Source of the DNA: Octopus vulgaris
Lineage: Eukaryota
Length of the DNA: 64,000 nt
Direction of reading: 5' to 3'
Assembly: GCA_951406725.2 (NCBI GenBank)
Contig: OX597815.1
Span: 113,274,001-113,338,000, forward strand
Shown: piece by piece, positions 53,470-64,000 of the stretch
How the letters are laid out: every line of letters starts with the position of its first letter
Position numbering within the stretch: position 1 is the stretch's first letter
The notes under the pieces: model-generated
What the model saw: only the letters and a program-made list of their open reading frames with translations
The model's database searches: none
What the model was told of the DNA's origin: nothing
Translations under genes and position numbers: made by a program

Positions 53470-53815
53470 ACACACACACATACACACTCATATATATAAA
53501 GCAACTTAGATTCTTAATTTTAATCTTTTAGTTTTGTGAGAAACAGCAGGGAAGTGGGTGTACTCTAGACCAATAAATAACATACCATCCCTGAGCGATT
53601 CTTGGTGGTGTAGCCAGTGTTTGCACTTTTAAAAATGAAATTAATTTTGATATTGGGTACATATATATCACATACATGGACCCACTTACCATCCACTTCT
53701 CAGAATGAGGGATTGGAATTTGATTTGATATTTGTAGTCATATCTTAAGTGTAGCCTGGACATCACTGGGTGGGGACAAACATAGCACAAAGACATACAG
53801 ATGCATATGTACATA

Positions 53816-54198
53816 GGCGCAGGAGTGGCTCTTTGGTAAGTAGCTTGCTTACCAACCACATGGTTCCGGGTTCAGTCCCACTGCGTGGCACCTTGGGCAA
53901 GTGTCTTCTACTATAGCCTAGGGCCGACCTAAGCCTTGTGAGTGGATTTGGTAGACGGAAACTGAAAAGAAGCCCGTCGTATATATGTATATATATGTGT
54001 GTGTGTGTGTGTGCATGTTTGTGTGACAACTGATGCTGGTGTGTTTACGTCCCCGTTACTTAGCGGTTCGGCAAAATAAACCGATAGAATAAATACTAGG
54101 CTTACAAAGAATAAGTCCTGGGGTCGATTTGCTCGACTAAAGGCAGTGCTCCAGCATGGCAGCAATCAAATGACTGAAGCAAGTAAAAGAGTAAAGAG
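53816..54198 (+). mobile_element. SINE family B, near full length
   Basis: GGCGCAGGAGTGGCT..GGTTCAGTCCC..AAGTAAAAGAGTAAAGAG. Confidence 0.92.
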
Positions 54199-54653
54199 TA
54201 TACATACATATACATAAATATATGTGCTAGTTTCTTTCGGTTTCCGTCTACAAGATCCACTCACCAGGGTTTGATAGGCCGGGATCTATAGAAGACACAA
54301 TGGTTACAAGCAGTGGGACTGAACCTAAATGCACATGACTGAGAAGCAAGATTTTTCAAACACACAGCTACCCTTGTGCATGAGCATAACGAGGATATTT
54401 TTTCTCTGGTTTCGATTCCGTTTCAGAAGAGACCACGCACCCATTCAGTCCACAGAAAAAAGATATCACATAGTTCTTTACATCCACTAAACATCATGAC
54501 TTTACTTTGCGGCATTTAGTGGTTGTAAATAGATATAAGCTATATCTCTCTTCATGGACAAAGGTAAATACACGGTCCCAACAAGACTCGAAACCGGGTC
54601 TGACTAATATTATCGTACTCGATGAAATAAATATAACCGATATAATAGACTGA

Positions 54654-54744
<91 letters not shown>

Positions 54745-55005
54745 ACACACAGACATATACCGGGCGCGGTCCCAGGAATTTTTCGAAAGAAGGGCACAAG
54801 GTCAGAAGAGAATACAATTCCAAGAGAAATGGGCGTAATAACATTATTTAGAAGAGTGCACTTCTTTTCTTGAGAGGGGCACGTACCTCTCAGCACCCTT
54901 CCTTGGGACCGTCCCTGCGCGAGCGCACACACACACGCACATATACACATGTATGTGCTTGTATGTGAGTATGTATTGTATGTATATTCCTGTATGTATA
55001 TATAG

Positions 55006-55062
<57 letters not shown>

Positions 55063-55065
<3 letters not shown>

Positions 55066-55199
55066 TGGAGAAAGCCGGTTTATGGGATTACCTTAGGTTT
55101 CCCGTCTGTAAAGGATTTAGCTTTATGGCGTATCGTAAGATTCCCAAAACCTGTTGACCATGACCTCTTTATAATCCTATAAACCAGCCTTCCCTATTT
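55063..55199. mobile_element. Small MITE-like element beside (TA)n
   Basis: 28-bp imperfect TIR AAATGGAGAAAGCCGGTTTATGGGATTA / TAATCCTATAAACCAGCCTTCCCTATTT. Confidence 0.65.
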
Positions 55200-55331
55200 G
55201 TAATATACTTTGCTCTACATCTTACAATGTGCTTCTTCTTTCGGATTTGTTTCTTACAAAAGATCCTCTGTGTGTGTGTGTGTGCGCGCGCGTGCATGCG
55301 TGTGTGTGCGCGCGTGCATGCGTGTGTGTGT

Positions 55332-55696
55332 GAGGTGCAATTGCCTAGTGGTTAGGGCAGCGGACTCACGGTCTCGATTCCCAGAGCAGTTGTTGTGAGT
55401 GTTTATTGAGCGAAAACACCTAAAGCCCCACGAGTATCCAACAAGGGTTGGTAGCGAACCCCGCTGTACTCTTTCACCACAACCTTCTCTCGCTCTTTCT
55501 TCCTGTTTCTGTTATACCTGTATTTGAAAGGGCCAGCCTTGTCATACACTGTGTCACGCTGAATCTCCCCGAGAACTACGTTAAGGGTACACGTGTCTGT
55601 GGAGTGCTCAGCCACTTACACGTTAATTTCACGAGCAGGCTGTTCCGTTGATCGGATTAACTGGAACCCTCGTCGTCGTAACCGACGGAGTTCCAC
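55332..55696 (+). mobile_element. SINE family C
   Basis: Matches 20876-21260. Confidence 0.9.
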
Positions 55697-55724
55697 GTAT
55701 ATATATATATATATATATATAGAT

Positions 55725-55769
<45 letters not shown>

Positions 55770-55785
55770 CAGACAGACACATACA

Positions 55786-55885
<100 letters not shown>

Positions 55886-55886
55886 G

Positions 55887-56353
55887 CAAGTCAAAAATAG
55901 AAAATGCTAAAATAATTTTATAGTGAACATTTCAGTACCGGTTTCGGTCATTTTGAGACCTTTTCAACTGTAACGATTAAATAATTAAATTTAGAAAAAT
56001 TAGAAGAAAAGTTTTTTAAAGGAATATTTCTATAGTAGTGTTCAGATATAAGTGGCATTCTGCCTTTCTCTGACTCCTTGTTTGCACTTGTGTGTTCGAG
56101 CTCGAACACACAAGTGCAAACAAGGGAGTCAGAGAAAGGCAGAATGCCACTTATATCTGAACACTACTATAGAAATATTCCTTTAAAAAAACTTTTCTTC
56201 TAATTTTTCTAAATTTAATTATTTAATCGTTACAGTTGAAAAGGTCTCAAAATGACCGAAACCGGTACTGAAATGTTCACTATAAAATTATTTTAGCATT
56301 TTCTATTTTTGACTTGTTTTTTCATATATATCAACTCGTGTGTTCCTTTTCAC

Positions 56354-56356
<3 letters not shown>
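55887..56356. mobile_element. Palindromic Penelope-like insertion in (TA)n
   Basis: Spacerless palindrome centred on 56100/56101 (TTCGAG|CTCGAA). Arms 55887-56100 and 56101-56316 differ by two 1-nt indels; 40-nt unpaired tail. Confidence 0.88.
56228..56275 (+). ncRNA. Minimal type I hammerhead with U3-A8 core variant (mirror copy about 55927-55974, minus strand)
   Basis: CGTTACAG-TTGAAAA-GGTC tcaaaat GACC-GAAAC-CG-GTA-CTGAAATG. Confidence 0.78.
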
Positions 56357-56430
<74 letters not shown>

Positions 56431-56433
<3 letters not shown>

Positions 56434-56739
56434 AAGTCAGGAGGTAGGAGAGATGAATATATTTAACCACTTATCATCCTTAGGGTTACGGCCGTTTTGA
56501 GTTGAATCGTTGGTGTAACCATGATACTTTGGTGATTTGATGCGCTAGCTTTCTTTATTTGCATTGATTTGCGACTATACAATTGTATAGTATAATGCAA
56601 GGCATGCATATTAATGCAAACATGTAAACATAATTTTATTGCACACTGAAATTATTACTACATTAAGAAGGTTGCGAAACGGCTGTAACCGTAAAAATGA
56701 AATAAATATATTTATCTCCCATACCTCCTAACATTTTAT
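56431..56739. mobile_element. MITE next to (TA)n
   Basis: TIR AGGAGGTAGGAGAGATGAATATATTTA / TAAATATATTTATCTCCCATACCTCCT plus inner GGTTACGGCCGTTT / AAACGGCTGTAACC. Confidence 0.75.
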
Positions 56740-57026
56740 GGCTTATATACTTCTCATGAAAAAATTTCATTGATCGGATCTTTTGGATTTCAGTTGCATG
56801 GACACTCTGCGTTACACTTCTCTGTATTGAATAACTATGGTCTGATAGCCAAGTCCGTTAGAGGGGCTTTCTGTCATAGCCATACGATTCTCTGAACCCA
56901 TACGTTATAATACAAATAAGCATACATACACGCACACACACATACGCACTCACACGCGCGCGCACATACGCACGTATCTGAATAAACCGAAACAATAAGT
57001 GGCTTGGCTTAAAAGAAAAAAGTGGT

Positions 57027-57511
57027 GGGGCTAATGCAGATTCGCACCTCACCTTCAAAAATGCATTTTTCTGAAAAGGTTTATTCGGATTCCTAGGTTT
57101 TACATATCGGAGATTACGAATATGCAAAAAAAAAAAAAAAAAAAAATTAATTTTAACCACCTCCCAACCTAAACCCCCCACCCCATTTTTAAATGTATTG
57201 CTGTATAATTGAAGTGAGGTATGTAAAGGGCACTTTCTATGTTCATTTAGGCTAAATTGCAGAAACTGTTTCGGTATTGTTGTTGAAATCCCCGTATTCT
57301 TCTGTTACATATCGCCTTCAATGAAATTTCCGCACTTTAATATACAACACTATACATTTAAAATTGGGGGTGGGGGTAGGTTGAGGTGGAGGTTTTTTTT
57401 GTTTTTTTTGTTACATATTCGTAATCTCCGACATGTAAAACCTAGGAATCCGAAAAACTTTTTTCAGAAAAATGCATTTTTCAATATGAAGTGCAAATCT
57501 GAATTAACCTC
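57027..57511. mobile_element. Long-TIR MITE (possibly Sola-type)
   Basis: About 185-bp imperfect inverted arms 57027-57215 and 57333-57511; GRGG..CCTC termini. Confidence 0.8.
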
Positions 57512-58284
57512 CCAAAGCACTGGGGTCGATATGTTCGATTAGACTAGGCATAGACAACCCTTTCCGAGAAGCGGACCGCATGAGACGTGGCCCATCATCA
57601 GGTGGCCCGCATAGTAAAAAGTTCAAGGTAACTTTTGATGAGCCGTACCATTCAGAATTTCCCCCAGGCTGCAATCAACCTTTGACTAAACACTTCGAGG
57701 TTGTGCCCCAGCATGGCCACAGTCCAAAGTCTGAAACAAGTAAAAGACAAGATATATATATATATGTGTACGCGCATGTGCATTTAATGTAGGGCGAAAG
57801 CAGGCGAAATAAAGGATATGAGGGATAGAGAAGAAAAGGCAAGAAAAGAAAACGAAAGGGAGAAATAAAATAAAAAAGTAACGACACTAAATAGAGAGAT
57901 AAAGAAAGAATGAGAGAGTGGAGAAGAGCGGAAGAGATTGTGGGTGGGAAGCGAAAGGCAGTCACAAACAGTAGATTGTTTTGACTTACCCTTGTCGGTC
58001 GGGTAGTTTACAAGTTTTCAGCCAATCGAACTTCTCTTTTTTTATAGTAAAGAAAAACTTTCATCACACAATCTTTTCTTTTTAGTACAGTGGTCAAGTT
58101 CTGTAAGAACTGTCACTACACTAAACACACTATCCCAATCCGTCCTCCGAAAAACTTTAAATATTCTTTCTAGACCAAGTGGTTAGTCTGATTTTTTTCT
58201 TTTTATTTATTATTACTTCGAGCTAGTGGTTTTCTTACTGACTGCCTAACAGCTGATGGGACGGGACATTTATCACATTCCGTT

Positions 58285-58332
<48 letters not shown>

Positions 58333-58841
58333 CCCTATGTTGTTTAGTTAGCTTTTTCTTTTATTAATTTACATTTGTGAACAGTAGAAAAGAAGGATAA
58401 ACTAAGGAAAAGAAAAGGAAAGAAAAGAAAAAGATAGAGAAAGAAAAAATACCGGACAAGTGAAAAGGCTCGTATGTTGTTTTTATTTGGACTACCAAGC
58501 GAAATAAGTGTTTATTAGAAAGGAAAAGAAACGGAAGCACTTTTATTAAGCAAAGTGTCCTGCTCCTCTTTATTCACGTCACTTTTTAAAATTTTCTGTT
58601 GTTGTTCATGTAGTGGTTAATTGGGTCAGAATAGAATTTCAGAGAAATTTCACAGGTAAGAGCAAACATTTTTTTTTTATTATTATTTGTCTGATATTTT
58701 TTTATGCATATATTTTCTCTCATATTTGAACAAGTAATCTAATCAATATTTTTTTTCTGTTGACGTTTGTTTCTAGTAAACTCTTTTCCACTTTCTTTTA
58801 ACACTCACACACATACGTACGTACGTGTGTGCGTGTGTGTG

Positions 58842-58990
<149 letters not shown>

Positions 58991-59748
58991 CATTGGCGAG
59001 CACCGCAGCGCATGAGCTAAACTCACAGCAAATCGAGATTGCGACAATGTTTCGACTCCCGCTTAATTTGTAGCCGTGAATCTAAATCAGAAGTCAATAT
59101 TCATCACAATATATGGAATCTTTTCATATAACATAAACTATCCATCAATGGGTAATCAGCCCTGTTGCTTTCAGGGTGGATAAAATGGAGTTGTAATGTT
59201 GAGGCATTTCTTCTACGTGTTGATGCATGTATGAGAAATTGCTATATATTATAGGATTGGAAATGAAAAACTGTGCTGCATTCAGACAGAACTTATAAGT
59301 CAGTGATACAAATATTTATTGATATAATGTAATCTAATATCCATGCAGTGATATACGAGCGGAAGTGCGAATATCAATGATAAAATTTTAAGTCTACTTT
59401 CGATTATTGAGCACTCTATTTCTTCGAAAAAGTTTAATGTCAACTTACGTTAACATTAAACAAGTCATATCGTGGCATGTGTGTGTATGTATGTATGTAT
59501 GTATGTATGTATTCAGTAAACTTTGTTTATTCATTTAAAGCTGGTCGTTAATTTAATCGCTTCTTCGTTCCAATGTCATGGTTTTGTACGTTTGTTGTGA
59601 AGACAAAACGATGAATGCTTAAATGCATGTGTATGAAACATGTTGATATAAAGTTATTTCATATTCTTTTATCATTATTATGCACTTGTATATCGTTTAA
59701 GTGCGCTCGTGCACACACACACATACACACACGCCGCTTGATATTAAA

Positions 59749-59789
<41 letters not shown>

Positions 59790-60226
59790 GAAGACAGATT
59801 TATTTACATAAATCATACATATAATTCTATATCATTTATCAAGGATATAACTTTCAAGCATATTTTCCATTGGAGCTCATCATGTACGTACATGTAAACT
59901 TTCTTTTTAAAAAAATGAACATTTTAAAATGTTCATGTGTGTGTGTGTATGTGTGTGTGCGTGTATGTGGGCTGGAGAATGTACTTACGAAAATTTAAGT
60001 TTTATAGTCCCACCCCAACAAAATAATTCCAAATAAGGACTTACTTGCGTTGACATTAAACATGTTATAAGTTATTGTCGCTTTCTGGAATAAAAATAAT
60101 CACAGATATTAACAAACTCGGATATTGACGTAGTTTAAACCCAGGTCACCCCTGGTGTAGTAAATTTATTATCAAAGACATTTTAACCGTGACCAGTCCA
60201 CTTTTTTTTTCATACGCTGTATCAAA

Positions 60227-60983
60227 GAGGGTCAATATAAAGACCTTGACCCGGAAAAAAAAATTAACCAGCTTGTGGGGTGTTATCAAGTGTATGGAAA
60301 ACGAATATGAAAAAAAAAAAATGCGCGCTGACGACCATGGGATGGGGAGGGGACTTTCGGAAAATTCACAAGATCCGTTTTTCCGTCATAACTTCGGGTA
60401 AAATGGATATATATTGATTTTTTTTTTTCACGGAACCCCACGTTTTTGGTTATGGAGGATCCGATTCTGAAAAAAAATTTCAAAAATCGCGTTTTCAAAA
60501 TTTCAACCCCCTACCCTCCCTTCACTTTTCATTTTTTTTTTTTTTCGAAATACGTTACGTAGATTACGAAGATTACGATTCTGAAAAAAATTTGTTTGTA
60601 AAATTTCAATTTTTCAACAAGAAAAGAAAAAAAAGAATATATACCCTCAGGCCTTCAAGCATGCTAGAAATAACAGCCAAATCTCACAAAACTGCGATAA
60701 CATAATGAAATTTTGAAAATGCGATTTTTGAAATTTTTTTTCAGAATTGGATCCTCCATAACCAAAAACGTGGGATTCCGTAACAAAATCAATATATATC
60801 CATTTTACCCGAATTTATGATGGCATAATCGGATCTTGTGAATTTTCCGAAAGTCCTCCACCCCCAGGGTGGTCAGCGCGTATTTTTTTTTTTCATATTC
60901 GTTTTCTACACACTTGTTAACACACCCAAGGCTGGTTAATTTTTTTTTTCTTGTTCCCGGGTGAGGATCTTTATATAAACCTC
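60227..60983. mobile_element. Long-TIR MITE (possibly Sola2-type)
   Basis: About 280-bp inverted arms 60227-60505 and 60706-60983; GAGG..CCTC termini; CAAA/GAAA flanks. Confidence 0.82.
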
Positions 60984-61163
60984 GAAAACTACTCCATCCA
61001 AAGCGTCCTGTCCGTTCTTAAGACAATGGGGGTGCGATTTGAAGGCGATTTTAGTTACTTCTAGCAGGTTGGAGGACCACTTAGAAGTTCTTTCACTGAT
61101 TTCTCAAAGAATTGACCAGTTCCAATCTAAAAGAATTCTGTACTTGTTATTGAAATGCTAATA

Positions 61164-61322
61164 GACAGCAGTTTCTAATTCTTACATTGGCATTGCTTGG
61201 TAGGGTCTGTTGCAAAATCACTTAAATTTCAATAGGGCTGGAACTATCATCACTCTAAGTAGAAGCAGCACCCACTGTATAACTGATGAGGGAACTTTTA
61301 AAGGGTTACTCAACCAGTTAGA
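61164..61322 (+). repeat. Direct repeat, copy 1 (copy 2 at 62329-62487)
   Basis: About 159 bp; I count three substitutions between the copies. Confidence 0.92.
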
Positions 61323-63084
61323 GTCAGTGACATCAGCCTGCACTCTTCCAAATAAACAGAAAAACAACAATGATTTTAAAAAATGGTTTAACTTTGTTGA
61401 TTGAAAAAAATTGTAAACACGATTATGAAATTGTCCCTGGTCTTTACATTCCTAGTTATCAACATCAATCATTGCAATATTGCATTTAAAGAACTCGAAT
61501 TAGGATACTGTTATATATTGTCGGTTTTATGGTTACGAACACACGCATCGTTGGTGTAGCTCATTAGTGCCGCCCGAGGAAGCCTTTCAGTTTGCTTCCC
61601 CGGGGGCCTCCACAAATAATACGTATTGCACAGTAATTACATCGATTGCTGCATTTAACGTTGAGTAGTGCCCGTGCCCTGACACTAAAACCACTATTAT
61701 TTGATTTCAATACAACCTATACAGGCTTGTAGCCTGCAGCAGGCCCAAAAGTGGTGCTGCCTGGGGGAAGACCGCCTCCTCCGGCCCACTTCTAGCTAGT
61801 GACAACGCATGCATACATATGTTTGTTGCATGAACAAACAAACACTAAGAAACTGTGTATTGTCTGAATCACCAGCTTCAAACGAATTATTATGTATTGG
61901 ATATTTCAATGTTGTGACTTCTGACAAGCAAGTTGAATATGTGTATATGAACCCAGTGCATGTATATCAGAATCTTTTTTTTTTAATTAATTCTCATTTT
62001 TAAATTTAAGGAAATGGCATGGGTGTATGTATACGTGGATTAACAATATTTTGGTGGTATGTTCGTGTTTTCTTTATTACGTGTCTATATTTGTATGTTC
62101 AAATTTAGTGTATGTATCCTTAAAAAAAAAAATAGGCGGGTACCGGTGCTGTTTTCATCTTCTATTTTCATTTTCTTCGTATCTGAATGCTTGGAAGGAA
62201 TATTATTTTGAGCCCAGTTCTTAACTGGTACTTTATTAAAGGCACAGTCGAACTCGGAATGTAAAGGAGTTGTAATTAAATGCAGCATTTTGTCTAATTT
62301 TCTGAGATTCTGCTCTTCTGGACAAAATGACAGCAGTTTCTAATTCTTACATTGGCATTGCTTTGTAGGGTCTGTTGCAAAATCACTTAAATTTCAATAG
62401 GGCTGGAACTATCATCACTCTAAGTGGAAGCAGCACCCACTGTATAACTGTTGAGGGAACTTTTAAAGGGTTACTCAACCAGTTAGAAATCGTACCCTAT
62501 CGTCTTTATAAAAGAGGAAAAAAAGGGAGAAAAGGACTTGCTGTTTTATGTAGCCCTCGATATATTATGTATGAAAGGATAAGAGGCTCCAGAACACGTT
62601 TGATTAAAAGTCTACTCGACGGAAGTTAATGTAAAATTAAACAACTTTGTTGGTATGCCGCACTGGATGTCGGGCTCACCAGAGGCATTCTCAGTCTTTT
62701 CCTGGCCATAGCATTTAGAACTGCAGCAGCAATATATCTTTCTTTGAAACCGCAGTGTGTTACTTAAAGGAATTCGGCTACTATCTCTTTCTCCCCCCCC
62801 CTCTCTCTCACACACACACATTATATATATATATATATATATAAAAATCTGAATTTTTAAAATGTGATCTCGTGTGTGTATATGAAAGGGTGAGATCAGT
62901 CAGACTTTGAAAAAATGATATAGAATATGGTTTGGGTGAAATTTGGCTGCCATTTCGAATGTGTGTTAGTAATTTTCTTTCTTTTTTTTTTTTATCGATT
63001 TTGCCTGAGATAAAGAATAGTGACCTGAGCCTTCAACATATTCTCCGATGACCGGTAGAATTAACGTTTCGTTTAAATTTTTGC

Positions 63085-63378
63085 TACTACTCTACGGCTG
63101 CAGGGAAGAAATTCGAATGGTTTGAGGTTTTAGAATAGGAGGATTGGGCATTGTGGTTAGTGTGGGTCCTATAGGTTTGGACACAATGCGGATGGCGAGG
63201 GAAGAGACGAGTGGGTTGGTTGTACCAGAGAGGTGGTAGGAAACCAGCTGATTCCGCAAGCGAGGGACTGGCAAGACGGTTGGGTATACAGCACGTGTGT
63301 GGATCAAAGGTTGGAATGAGTTGGTGAGCAACTTCAGGCCGATCAGTCGAGTGGTCATTCTCGGGATGTAGTCTAAGA
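63085..63378 (-). pseudogene. CR1-clade LINE C-terminal fragment
   Basis: LDYIPRMTTRLIGLKLLTNSFQPLIHTRAV..RHPHCVQTYRTHTNHNAQSSYSKTS resembles the CR1/Zenon ORF2 end. Confidence 0.65.
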
Positions 63379-63464
63379 GGTCGTGCGCGCGTGTGTCTGT
63401 GTGTGTATGTGTGTGTGTGTAACAACTGCACTGTTCCAGATGTGGGTGGAATATTCCATTGACG

Positions 63465-63670
63465 GTAAGCGGAATCGTTACCGCGCCGGGTAGAATGCTA
63501 ACCAGAATTTCGTTCGTCCTTACGCTCTGAGTTCAATTTCCGCCGAGGTCCAATTTGCTTCACATTGTTCCGGAGTCGACAAAATAAATACCAGTTGAAC
63601 ACTGAGGGCTATGTAATCAACTTATCCCCTACCTGAACTTGGTGGTTTTTGTGCCAAAATTTGAAACCGA
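63465..63670 (+). mobile_element. SINE family A
   Basis: Head, B box and central domain are recognisable. Confidence 0.82.
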
Positions 63671-64000
63671 TATTCCATTGAGGGCCTAATAGTCTTGTAA
63701 AGTGTTGGCTCTTATTGGTGGGAGGACGTTCCGGAAAAGGCGGACTGGCTATAAGTGGTTCGTGAGGAACACTTTCTGTCATTGAAGGCCAGAGTTTGTG
63801 ATGCAGTCTTTGCTTTGTTTAAGATGTAGGATGATGAGGCCCTCTGTGGTAGTGAAAACCTGGCACTTGAAGCGAACGCGAAGGTTTTAGCTGTATGTTG
63901 TTTATGTTAAAGAGACTTAAGGTAACAGTATTTTCTTGATGTGTTCAGTGACTGAGATGTGTGGTTGTATGTGTGTGCGTGTTCTAGGTATTTGTATTGG

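Noticed and set aside
59036-59112. Minus-strand TGATGAA..GACTTC/GGAGTC-GAAACATTGTC-GCAAT
   Set aside because: Needs a deletion and a 5-nt insertion in the core to fit an HHR; too degenerate to support.
61280-61322. CTGATGAG followed by a hairpin
   Set aside because: No GAAA or NUH; the duplicate copy reads CTGTTGAG as part of a plain stem.

Overview
AT-rich, repeat-saturated eukaryotic DNA. The SINE families and microsatellite load suggest an octopus (coleoid cephalopod) genome; this is inference. No intact protein-coding gene is visible, and nearly all ORF-track calls are translated microsatellites or SINEs. The window holds three main tRNA-derived SINE families, decayed mariner, Tc1 and Tigger transposases, RTE, R4/Dong, Tx1/L1 and CR1 LINE fragments, a duplicated Gypsy gag, a Helitron and many MITEs. 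The most notable signal is a set of short non-coding, Penelope-like elements, mostly next to (TA)n-type microsatellites, that carry hammerhead ribozyme (HHR) motifs. (i) Three inverted or palindromic insertions have minimal type I HHRs, one with a compensatory U3-A8 core. (ii) One element joins a tRNA-type head to an HHR-like tail. (iii) Four divergent copies of an HHR have their three strands in a non-circularly permuted (pseudoknotted) order, with compensatory base changes between copies. A few strong minus-strand splice signals hint at tiny exons of a long-intron host gene. All RNA structures were folded by eye and none is tested.
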